Below are positions 21,177 to 32,423 of a DNA stretch of 64,000 nt, piece after piece. Numbering within the stretch: the stretch's first letter is position 1; each line of letters opens with the position of its first letter. Origin of the DNA: Blastocladiella emersonii ATCC 22665 (lineage: Eukaryota > Fungi > Blastocladiomycota); the NCBI GenBank assembly GCA_025594325.1, contig JANHCV010000001.1:2418001-2482000 (forward strand), written 5' to 3'. The position numbers were made by a program, and so were the translations under genes. Below the pieces are notes generated by a model, which searched no databases, was not told where the DNA came from, and was given only the letters and a program-made list of their open reading frames with translations.

Positions 21177-22748
21177 CTAGTTGTTGCCGTTGCCCATGAG
21201 ACGCGACAGCGAGTTCTTGGGCGTGCCGCGTGGCGACGAGCCAGCCGACGACGACGAGTGCGCGTGGCCGTGGCCGTGGCCGCCGTGGATGTTGTCGCTC
21301 GACGCCATGAGGCGGTCGTAGGCCTTGAGGCCCGACCGCTGGAACTCGGCCTTGCGCGAGTTGGCGGGGCGCTGCAGCGACGACGCGGTCGCGGAGGAGC
21401 TGGCCGGGGTGGGGTCGATGGCGGACCCGTACGTGGCGGCGCGCACGTTGAGGTCCCACTCGGCGAGGTCGATGGGCATGCTGTCCTTGATGGCGTCAAT
21501 CTCGTTGCGGACCGAGTCGACGAGGCCGTTCAGGTTGATGTCGTTGAGGTCGACGCCGAACGGGTTTTCGATCTCGGCGCCAATCGATTCCTAACCGAGC
21601 CGCAAGCAGGTAAGTTGGGAGCCGCTGCGAGACCACGCAGAAATACGTACGACGCCCAGCATGGTGAAGGCGGCGAGGAACACGACCAGGATCGACAGGG
21701 CCTTGAACGGCTGGATGATCTGGAACGGCAGGATCAGGAGGTAGATGTACAGCGCCTGCTTGATGTGCACCGAGTAGGCCAGCGGGATGGGCGACGTGAG
21801 GACGCGCTCGAGCTGGCTGATCGTGTCAACCTAATAGTAGTGCGTCACGGACGGTGAGTGGAGGCACGGAAACCCTCGAGTGGGCCGCCGTACCATGGAC
21901 GAGACCAGCGTCGTCATGACACCAAACTGAGGGACGTCAATCTTCTCTTTCTTGCGCTGGGTGACAATGTAGGCCGAGAGGAGGTGGGTGAGGTCGACGG
22001 GGATGCACGAGCGGTCCGTGGACACGTTGACGTCTTCGTCCATGGGGACGGCCGTGTGGCTCGAGACGCTGGCGGCGCGGGCGCGCTGGCGGAGCGGGGC
22101 GGAGCCGGACGAGAAACCCGTAGCCGTGTGCTCGAGCTGCAGGTGCGGGTGCATCGGGCGCGAGGCGAGGTCGTCGCGCTTCTTGCGCGGGATGAGCGAG
22201 ACGAGCTCGTGGCGCCACTCGCCGTCCTCGTCCTTGAGGCCGTACTCGGCGCGCAGGTGGTTGCGGGTGGCCACGGCAAAGGCGATGATGAGGTTCATGG
22301 CGGCGAGCTTCTCGCGGCTGTCGCGCACGGTGCGCTCGTCGACCGAGATCCAGATGAGGCGCGCCAGGTTGCGGGCGTTGACGATGAGCGTGCTCCACAG
22401 CTTGCGGCCCTCGTTGTACCGGTCGTAGGCCGTGTTGGTGCGGAAGACGAGGAGCAGCGACAGGACGAGCGAGATGACCGTGATGAAGGTCGGCGGGATG
22501 GCCACCTTGTCGACGGACGGGTAGACGAGGTAGGCGAACAGCCACACCAGGAACGACCACAGCGTGAAGATGAAGACGGGCAGCGCCACGTTCGGGATGA
22601 CCGAGCCGTGCCAGTGCAGGGCGTCTGGCCAGCCGAAGACGGTCGACTTGACGCGGATTTCGGACGAGACGTGCTCGTGCGTGAGGTTGGTGCGGCGCGG
22701 GCGGGGCGCGGCGGTCTGGCCCTCCTGCGGCCGGTTGAAGAGCGGCAT
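21177..22748 (-). CDS. Bestrophin-family (UPF0187/YneE-type) anion channel
   Basis: Exons are 22748-21894, 21830-21651 and 21590-21177. Motifs are LLLVFRTNTAYDRYNEGRKLW, ERVLTSPIPLAY and EIENPFGVDLND. Confidence 0.9.
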
Positions 22749-23072
22749 AGTAGTCTAGGGTGCGAGTCTTTACTGATGCATGCGAAGCCGGAATCGGCGC
22801 CGGGTGTTGTTGTAGGGGAGAGAGAGCGAGGAGAGTTCTGAAGAGGAGCACTCATTTCTCTCCTCGGGCTTGCGTGGCGCAGGCGGGCGGCCCACTCAGC
22901 AGCGTCCGTCACGCCCAGACACGGGGCGCGACGCGTCGACGCGTCCGCGATCCACGGTCCCGTACGCGGCCGCGCCACCTCGATTGCGACGCCGATCCTC
23001 GCAGAACGCGCAACCAGGGACCTGCAACGCAACGCAACGCACCGCAACGCATCGACCACGCAACTTGCCGCT

Positions 23073-23640
23073 ATGAGCATGGCATCCACATCCCCGACGT
23101 CGCCCCGCCCGCCCGCCCCGTCCGCTCCGCGCCCGGCGGGCCCCTCACCGCGCGGCGCCAAGGTGGCAGCAACGAGCGCGGGCGCACCGGCCGCCGCCGC
23201 CGCCGCCGCGAAGCCGTCGCCGAACCCGATCCGCGACGGGCTCGCGGCGCTCAAGAAGGCGCCCGCGCCGACGCCGGTGCTGTTCGAGAGCCAGGCGACC
23301 GCGCCCGCGCCGGCGCAGACGTACTACCAGGTGGTGGTCGAGAGCAGCCGCGTGGTGCTGCGCGACTGGCCCAAGTTGCGGTACTCCCAGGGTGCGGACA
23401 CCGCCTTCGCACGTCTGGCGGGCCGCTGACCTCGCCCGTCCCGCGCGCGTAGCCATCGCCAAGCAGGCGGTGCACCCGAGCCAGGTGAGCGTGCCCGTGG
23501 AAGAGTACGTCGAGTCGGACGCGCGCGACAAGGTGCGCGAGATCTTTGGCGACGCGACCGCCGACAAGATCGACGGGCTCGTGCGCGACCTGGTCAAGAA
23601 AGCCCGCGCGGCGGCAGCACCGGCCGGCGCGTCCAAGTGA
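23073..23640 (+). CDS. Hypothetical protein, about 168 aa (Pro/Ala-rich N-terminus, compact helical C-terminal domain)
   Basis: Intron 23392-23452 (GTGCG...CTGAC...TAG) joins two frames with host-like codon bias. Confidence 0.7.
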
Positions 23641-23737
23641 ATGGGCGAGCGCGAGTGGGCGCCAGGTCGACGGACTGCGAGATGGATGGCGAGGAAAGAG
23701 TATAACGTTATTTGTCACTACACGCACATGGGCCGCT

Positions 23738-24258
23738 CTACTGGCGCGACGCACGCTCGAGATCAAACTGCGCAAAGCTCGCAAACGCCGCGCGCGCCTC
23801 GGCGGACACGGGCGGGGCCATGCGCCGCACGGCGGCCGCGGGTGAGAGCTCGGCGCGTGGTGCCGGGAGCGCAGCGCCCTCGGACCGGATCACGGTACCG
23901 ATGGCCATGAAGAACCCGAACGACGCGCCCGACGTCATCATGGCGTTGGACAGCGTGCCGAGGTATCCCTTGCCGCGGGCTCCGTAGCTAGTTGCAGGGT
24001 AGGGAAGGGAATCGCGTCAGTCCGCAATGTTGTCGTCGAGCAAGGAACCGGGCAACGCACATGAGGTACTGGATGTTGCCCATGATGAAGCCGAGCCCGA
24101 GGCCGACACCGCCGCCCCTACACGACATGGCGCGGTTAGATCCCTGTCCGCTTTGAGCGAGACCCGCTGCCGATCGCGGCGCGCGCAGAGCCATACATCA
24201 TGGCGCCCATCTTGAGCTTGTCCGCGAGAGTCGGGCCCTGGGGCTGCTGCATGTTCAT
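23738..24258 (-). CDS. MGR2: Mgr2/ROMO1 mitochondrial inner-membrane TIM23-associated protein
   Basis: The three-exon reconstruction reads DKLKMGAMMGGGVGLGLGFIMG...YGARGKGYLGTL...MMTSGASFGFFMAIGTVIRSE. Confidence 0.9.
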
Positions 24259-24719
24259 GGTGGCTGCGTTGCGTTGTTGTTGTTTGCGTAGCAGGCAGAG
24301 GGGTCGCGATGGGCGCAGAGAGAGGCGGCAGCAGCAACACGGCGAAGCGAGGCGGTCGCGAAAACCTCGGAGCTGTTTTGCTGCCGCGCGCACGTGAGTG
24401 GCATTTGTTTTCACTCCACGTGGGCCCACCTGCGGCCTGTTGAAGTCGTCTCGCACCGATTTTTGAGTGTGCCAGTTGTCTTTCTGCCTCGCGCCGCGGT
24501 GATCGTCGAGCCCGCCGATCCGCTCGCAGTCCCGACGACGACGCTTCCCACGCACGCATACGCACGAGGCCGACGCAGTCCTCTGGCCCGCTGCATCGCG
24601 CCCGCTCCGCCGCCCGCCGCCGTCTCCGCGTGCGATCGCGCTGCCTGAACGCATCAACACCACGCATCAACTTCCACCACCACGGCGGCCTGCGCTATAC
24701 CACGACTACCACCAGCAGC

Positions 24720-27700
24720 ATGACCGCCATGATGCGTGCCCGCCTGCTCCGTGCCGTGTCCACGGCCAGCCCGGCGGCCCGCCTCGCCGGACGCTGTCCC
24801 TCGGCCGCCGCCGCCCCAAGGCCGGCCTGCGCCACCACCACTGCCTTCCAGCAGGTGTCTTCCAGTCGCGCTTTGTCGACTGCGCCACCAGTACTCCCAG
24901 AGTCCGAGGCGCCGCTGGAGCCCGCCTCGTCGTCAGACGCGGGCCAGGTGACGAGCAGCACCGGGCTCGACCTCTCGGGCGTCTCCATCGCCGCGACGCC
25001 CTCCAGTGAAGATCCTGCGCAGATCTCGTGCGAGGTACGCTCCGCCCCACCCGCTCCTGCTCAGGAACCGCCCGATCTGACTTCGCCCGCGCGCATCGCC
25101 CGCAGGACCTTCTGGCCACGGTGCCAGAAACACTCGAATCGCGGGACCCGCACGCCATCTTCTCGCTCTACGCGACGCTCTTCAACCGGTTCCCCACGGC
25201 GCTGACGTCGCCCGTCGCGCTCGCCTTCCTGCGCACGCTCGGTCCGCTCGACGCCGCCGCGTGCACCAACGTGTACCAGGACTGGGTCGCGCGCCTGCCG
25301 CACGACGAGCGCGCGCAGTGCGGGCCCGAGTTCGAGCTCGTCACCCACGAGTTCCTCGACTTTTTGCGCCTCGCCTCACACTCGACCGACTTCTTGCCCG
25401 CGATGCGCACGCTCGCCGACGTGCTGCGCGGGCTCGACCGTGCGCCCTTCTCGCTGTGGTCAGCGTTCCTCGCCCGCCTCGTCAACCAGTACGTCATTGA
25501 CGAGTACCCCGCGCGCCAACAAGCCGCGAGCGAGATCGCGCTCGAAGCCCTCGCCGCGTGTCGCGAGCGCGCCGACCGTATCGAGTACTACGACGGCGCC
25601 GCCATCCGCATGCTCGAGCTGCGCACGCACGGGTTCGCGCGGAACCTGCCCGCCATCACCGCCATGGCCGCCGCCGCCTCGCCCAGCGGCGACGACGCGC
25701 CCTTCATCGTGTCCGTCGACGCGGCCACCGAGTGGGTCGCCGCGTTTGCGCGCGCCGGCGATTTCGAGCGCGCGCGCCGCCTGTTTGTCGCCGCCGTGCT
25801 GGCCGATACCATCCCGCGGCTCGAGGCGGCGCACGCGCTGCTGCGCGCGGCCTCTGCCGGCGGTAACGTGGCGGCGTGCGTCGAGTTCCAGTCGGCGCTG
25901 CTCGACGTTTACGGGCAGGCGGTCGCGGACCCGTCGCTCTCCGTCGACCTGTACTCGCCCATCATCGAGACGTGCCGGGCCGCGCTCGTGCACGAGCGGT
26001 TCCGGCGCGCGCCGACGCAGGAGGAGTACATGGTGCGGCTCAACGTCATCAAGGTGTTTGACGACGCGCGGCGCAAGATGGCGCGGCTGGGCATCCCGCT
26101 CACGCTCGACACGCACCAGGCGATCCTGACGTGTCTCGTGTACGCCAACTACGACGACTGTGTGCGGTTCCCCGTCAAGCTCGCGGCCGACGCGCTCGAG
26201 GCCATGCTGACGGACGGCCTGGTCCCGTCGAAATACGCGTTCCACACGCTGATGCGCGCCTACGCCAACACGCCCGAGCGCATCAACTCGGGGATCCGCT
26301 GCGATATCATCCAGCAGTACGTGCAGGTCATGACCGCGTGCGGCGTGCCCATGTCGGCCGAAACCTACTCGATCGTGTTCCTGTCGCTGCACCCGCGCAA
26401 GCCCGTGACGCAGCCGCTGAAGCCGCTCGTCGACCGGCTGTGGGTCATTGAGCGGCAGATGGCGCGCGCGCGCGTCCCGCACTCGGACCAGTCGGTGGCC
26501 GCGCTGCTGCGCGTGTACGGCGCCCACAAGGCGTTCCAGCACGCGTACCGCGTGCTCAAGGAGATCCCGCGGCACGGGCTGCAGCGCACGCGCGCCATCT
26601 ACTTTACCGTGATGCACGCGTGCAAGGACGACGAGGCGGCCGCCGACTACGCGCTGCAGGTCATCTACCCGCAGATGCTCAGCGAGGGGATCGCCATCGA
26701 CGACACGCTCCTGCACACGCTGCTGGCGTGCTGCGTGCGCGTCAACAACCCGCACCTGGCCTGGGACCTGTACCACTACGCGGGCGACCACGGGCTCGCC
26801 GTCACCCACACGCTCCTCAACTACCTGCTCAAGCTCGCCCTGTACAACGGCAACGTCGAGCGCGCGCAGTTTGTCCTCGACGAGTTTGCCCGCCGCAAGC
26901 TCTTCTACGACGCCACCACCTACTACCACCTCATGACCTTCTTCACGCGTATCCAGGCCGACCAGGCCAGGGTCGCCGAGCTCATGGACCGCATGCAGGA
27001 CCAGGCTAAGCTGCACCAGCAGTTTGTCCTGCTCAGCAACAGCTACTCGGCCGACGCCACCTTCCTCGCCTCGTCGCCATCACCGTCGTCGCCGTCGGAC
27101 CCCACGGCACCCACGGCGCAGCCACCACAACCCGCTGCGGACGGCGAGCCACCAAGACCGGTTTCCGCCACCGCTGACGCCGACGCCGACGCCGACGCCG
27201 ACAAGGTCGAGTTCCGGCGATGCCCGTCGGATATCGACACGCCGGCGGTCCCGCTCACGACGCTGACGCTGCCGGCGCAGCCCCCACTACCGCCGTCCAA
27301 CTGCGCGCCGGAGCACCGGCCCGAGCGGATCCTGGCCGACTCGCGGCTCAACCTCAAGGCGCTCCAGTCGTTTGTGGCGGAGCAGCGGTGGGACCGGGCC
27401 TTCACGACGTACTGCAGCATCCTCAACGACTTCCACGTGTCGGTGCTGCACAAGTTTGCGCAGGCGCGTGACTACCGGCACGAGCTGGGCGCCGCGCTCA
27501 AGGCCAACACGATCCCCGTGTGGGGCAACGGCGCGAAACAGCTGGTGCTCAGTTTCCCGCCGCGCATCGTCAACTACAACCCGTACAACGCGCGCGCCGG
27601 CGAGCTGTTCCTGCCCAAGGACATGGCCACGGCGACCTGGCTCATGTGCACGGCGTTCCTCGACATGCCCGCCGCCGCGCTCCCCGCCAACTTCCCGCCG

Positions 27701-28819
27701 CTCCGCTACGTGTACGTGCAGCGCAACGACCGCGCGCGGAACCACACGCGCGACGCGCCGCCCCGCGACTACGCCGAGGCCGTGTCCGCACGCATGTCCC
27801 CCGGCCAGCAGTTGTTGAGCTCGGTCCAGTACCGTGAGCTCCCCGTCGCAGGGTACCACAAGCTCGCGGTCGCCCGCGTCATCTTCCGGTCGTCGATGCG
27901 CGTCCTCAAGTCGTACCTCGGGTTCCCCACCATGATCCGGTTCGAGTGGGTCAAGGACCTTATGAAGCGGCTCCACTTTGACGTCGACTACGCCGAGCGG
28001 TTCCGGATCCAGATCCGCGAGCGCAAGAACCGGCTCGCTGTTGAGCTCGCTGAGCAGGAGGAGCTGCTCGGGTCGCCCGAGCCCGTGCCCGCCGAGGCGG
28101 CTGCGGGCGAGGCGCTGTCCGTGACGACCAAGGCAGCCGAGCTCGAGGCCGCCGAGGCCGAGATCCAGCGCGAGTCTGCACCTGCCGCTGCCGCCGCCGC
28201 CGATTCGGACGCGTCCTCCAAGGAGGCCGATGGCGAAGAGGCCGATGCCGAGACAGCCGCCGCCGACACGTTCATGGACCTGCCGCGTCTGTCGTCAGCC
28301 AGCGCCAAGGTAGCCGAGTCGATCAGCCAGGACACGGAGCAGCTCAAGTCGCTGGCGGTGCCGGACCTCGAGAAGCTGGCGCGCGGGCTCGGCGTGCACG
28401 TCGGCGCCGTCGACCCGGACCCGCTGTCCGCCACGCTGCCCTACTCGGGCGCGAAACCCGCCAAGCTCGCCGACACCATGCTCAGCCAGCTCACCAAGCG
28501 CCAGCGCGCGTCGCTGTCGCCCGCGTGGGCCGCAAACGCCGAGGCGCGGCTCGCCGCCTCGGCGGACCCGTCGCTCGCGGTCGCGGACGATGAGACGATT
28601 CTGCCGGGTAAGGGCGGCAAGGGCGCGCTGCCCCGGCCGATCCGCCGCGACGAGCTCGAGATCGAGGCCGCGCTCATGCACGACGACGACGGGATGCGCG
28701 AGACGGACCACAAGACGCTCGCCCGCGGCCCCGCCGCGCCGTGGCCGCCGCGCACCAACCGGCCCGTCCGGAGGGCGGCCGAGGAGGCGCTCGAGACCAA
28801 GGGCCCGCTAGATCTCTGA
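24720..28819 (+). CDS. Mitochondria-targeted pentatricopeptide-repeat (PPR) protein, about 1342 aa
   Basis: The N-terminus is Arg/Ala/Ser-rich and presequence-like. Intron is 25035-25105. About seven to eight tandem 35-aa PPR-like units occur at about 26090-27000, e.g. MLTDGLVPSKYAFHTLMRAY, MLSEGIAIDDTLLHTLLACC and FARRKLFYDATTYYHLMTFF. Confidence 0.8.
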
Positions 28820-28842
28820 AGGAGGGCGCAGAATGGAGAAGG

Positions 28843-28858
28843 TTAATTAATTAATTAA
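28843..28858. repeat. (TTAA)4 palindromic AT island between convergent stop codons
   Basis: TTAATTAATTAATTAA is seen directly. Confidence 0.9.
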
Positions 28859-28881
28859 GATCACTTACTATAGCGCTACGA

Positions 28882-30451
28882 CTACTCTTCTTCGGGGCCC
28901 GAAGCGCCAGCGAGGAACCAGTCGGGCAACACGCGGCGGCATCCGGGCGCCGGCGCCGTCGGGTCACCCGTGCCGCCCGGCGTGTGCAGGACGTGCACGG
29001 CGCGCGTCCTTGGCGAGAACCGGATCGTGAACGCGCGCGGGTGCCCTGCTTCTCCCTCGGAGCCCGACGACGACGCGTCGCGCACCGCGGCCACGATCCG
29101 GTCAACCGCATCGGCCGCGAACCTGAGACACAACTGCGGGTCCCACGCATCGTGCGCCCCCCGCACCGCGCGCGGCAGCTCGAGCGTGCGGTACCGTACG
29201 ACGGCGCGCACGATCCCGTCGTCGTCGCGGAACCCGACGGCGACCGTCGGCACGCCGGCGAGGAACGACTGCGCCCACACGCGGAGGAGCTTCGCGCGCC
29301 ACCCGGCGTGCGCGCGCGGGTGGGCGCCGAGCCGGTGCGTCTTGAGCTCGACGTATGTGCCATTGGAGTCGGCGCAGTCGACCTCGGCGCCGACCAGGAC
29401 GCGGTGCGCGCCGAGCTTGGTCCGGACCACGCTGCAGAACTGCGCGTGCTGGTTGACGGGGGTCGCGACGCGCGCGCGCAAGGCGGCCGGGAGGTCTGGG
29501 AGAGTGGATGGCGGGGAGGGGAGGACGCTGAGCGACTCGAAGCGGTAGCCCCAGAAGGTCATGCGCGCGCGGCGCGGGTCGGCGCGCTGCGCGTCGCGGT
29601 CGCGCGTTTGGGATGCGGTGACATGCTCGTGCAGGAACAGCGTGCCGCGGTGGTACACGGCGCCCAGCTCCCACTCGTCGCGGTCGTTGTATGGCGCGAC
29701 AAGGAGTTTGGTCAGGATCCCGCGCCAGGTGACGAGGCTGATGCCTGGCGCGCCGGACTCGTCTACGACGTCGGCGCTGAGGTGAGTACTGGCACGAGTG
29801 CGTTCCTTACGGCAGATGTACGCGTCCACTGCCCGTGCGCAACAAGTCCACGAAGCAAGTTATCCAGCGGCTCGATCCCATTCCCAACATTCGGATCGTA
29901 CGCCTCAAACTGCCCGTTGAGATCGACCTGGTCGCGCGCCTCGGCCGGCGGGACCGGCGCGCGGTCGAGCGGGACCCCCGGTGGTCCAGCCTCGCGCGCG
30001 CCCGCGTCCATGACGGGGATCACGGTCGGCGGGTACCAGTGGCGCAGCGAGCGCGCGTCCGGGTGGAACGCGCCCGCGTCGTCGTACGAGAACCGGCCGA
30101 CCTCGGTCGGCTGCTGCACGGGGACGGGCGGGCCGGGCGGCGGGGACTGGTTCGGCGGGGGGACGGGGATCGCGAGCAGGAGGTTTGCAGGAGGCGGCGA
30201 GGCTGGGCGCAACGGTGCGTTGCGCGGGTGGTGGCCGCCGCCGCGCGCGCTCCCGCGGCGGTCGGGCCCGTCGTGGTGATGGTGGCGGTTACGGTTCGTG
30301 TCGGGGTCTAGCAGCAGGTCGCCATTCGCGGGTCGTTAAGCGATGATCCCACAGTCGGCGTAGGGCGGGCGGGCGTACAGTCGCGCCCGCTGTTGTCCGG
30401 CCGCGGCGGCAGTCCACCGCTGGGCGGGCGGTCCCTCGAAGAGTGATACAT
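28882..30451 (-). CDS. RAI1: Rai1/DXO-family decapping exonuclease
   Basis: Motifs are EVGRFSYD...RSLRHWYPP, LVTWRGILTKLL, FWGYRFE, GAEVDC, YVELKT and RVWAQSFLAGV. Introns are inferred at about 29821-29763 and about 30378-30308. The start (30451 or 30508) is uncertain. Confidence 0.85.
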
Positions 30452-30710
30452 GGCAGTGCGGCAAGTAGCGAGCACGCGTCCCAGCGCGGTCGGCGGTAGT
30501 CGCTGCATTCGTGTGCGCGAAAGACGTGATCCGCGGCGAGGTGTGGCGCCCGATCACGCTGCCGGTGCGAGACGCGAGACACGACGCGTCGCGTCACACG
30601 CGCTCGTGCTCGGGTATGCTTCGTGTCCCGTTTTAAGATGCCCGCCGCACGACCGCACACACGCACCGACCATGGACGCCATCGGCCCAGTACTTCCGAC
30701 GTAGCTTGCA

Positions 30711-32423
30711 ATGGAATCGCATGTCGCAGCCGCCTCCGCCCCGGCCATCATCAAGGCGCCGGGCCACCACCCGCACCATGTCGCCGGCGTCCACTTTGAC
30801 CCGTCGACCAAGCTCGAGGATAACTCGATGCCGCCGGAGCCGATACTTGTCCCACTGCCTCCGGTGACGCCGATAGCCGCCGCACCGGCTCATGTTCCCG
30901 CTTCGCCAACATCGACCACAGCGCCTGTAGCGCCTGCTGCTGCACCGATACCCGCCGTTGCGGCTACAGCACCACCTGCTCCAGCATCGCCCGCTCAGCC
31001 TGCCCTTCCACCTGTCGCCGCTCCCGCGCAGCCGCAGGCATCGCCCTCTGCCGCCCCTACCCCCGCTACATCTCCACCAACCCCGGCCCCACCGCCACCC
31101 GCACCCACTGCTTCCGCTCCAGCACCGCCAGCGCCAACGGGGTCCGCGCCGGGCTCGCCGAGCCGAGCCAAGACGGCGGGCACGTCCAAGGGGACAAGCG
31201 CGTCCGACGCGAAGCGCAAGAGCTTCACGGGCCACCCCGTGCCAGCGGCTTCGTCCAAGGCCTCGTCGAGCAGCGCCGCGAAAGCGGGCAGCAGCAAGGG
31301 CGCGTCGGGCGGCAAGGACGCGCTGCCGGCCCTCACGGTGGTCGCGTCGTCGGGCGCCGCGAAGCCGACCAAGTCCGCGGCCGACGCGACGGTCAAGTCG
31401 CCGAAGTCGTCAAGCAGCAGCAGCAGCAAGACTTCAACAACAACACGCTCTTCTACCTCAAGCGGGCCTCGGCCGCCGACGGCCGCCCCGAAAAAGTCGT
31501 CCTCCTCCTCGTCCTCATCTGGCCGCTCATCGACCCGCCCGTCGACGGCGCCGTCGCCCAAGAAGGCGACCAAGTCGTCGTCCTCGTCGTCCAAGTCGGG
31601 CTCGGGGTCGCGCCACGTCAAGAGCGCGCCCACGAAGCGGTCGTCGACCAAGAGCTCGCGGCCCGGGTCGACCTCGGGCGAGAGCTCACCGGTCCGCGGA
31701 CCCTCGACGTCGCTCGACCAGAGCGGGAACAGCGCGAGCGGGTCCGGGAGCAAGGTGCCGTCGGGCGGGACGAGTCCCGCGGTGTCGCGGCCGCCGAGCG
31801 CGCTGTTCAAGAGCTCGGTACGGTCGTCACCGGAACATGGTGCGCGCGGGGACTAACTCGATTTCTGTGTGTAGCGACCGCCGCCGACGAACGCGTGCTG
31901 CGTGGTCCTACAGCGCAACCTGCTCAACGACGTATCGGCCGAGATGGGCCTGCTGCTGGCGGAAAAGGACGAGGTGGCCGAGAAGCTGACGGCGGCACAC
32001 TCCGAGATCTCGGCGCTCAAGGATACGCGGCTCGAGCTCACCCAAAAGGTGCACGAGCTCGAGAAGAAGCTCGAGCTGCTGCAGCACGCGCACAAGGCGA
32101 CGCAGGAGGACCTGCACGCGCTGCGCACCGTGGCGTCGTCCGGGTCCGACATGGTCGCGGCGCTCGAGAAGAAACTCGCCGAAGAGCACAAGGTCAACGC
32201 GCAGCTCGTCTTCTTCAACCGGTCGCTCAAGACCCAGGTGTGCGAGCTCGAGGAGGCCAAGGAGGATCTGTCCAAGCAGCTCGGCGCCGCGCGCGTCGAG
32301 CTCGAGCGCCACCGCATGACGGCTAAGCGATCTATACCCCACCACGACGCGGCGCCCGCGGCGGGGCATCACGGCTCCGGCGGTGCGCACGATGGCGGCG
32401 GAGGACGAGGCAAGGGAGTGTGA
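30711..32423 (+). CDS. Hypothetical protein with a Pro/Ser/Lys low-complexity N-terminus and a C-terminal coiled coil
   Basis: Probable intron 31819-31874 joins the two ORFs in phase 0. A heptad pattern is visible in LLLAEKDEVAEKL...LEEAKEDLSKQL. Confidence 0.7.

Noticed and set aside
24720-28819. PPR-DYW editing factor or PRORP (protein-only RNase P)
   Set aside because: No HxE...CxxC deaminase motif and no NYN acidic motifs are recognisable.
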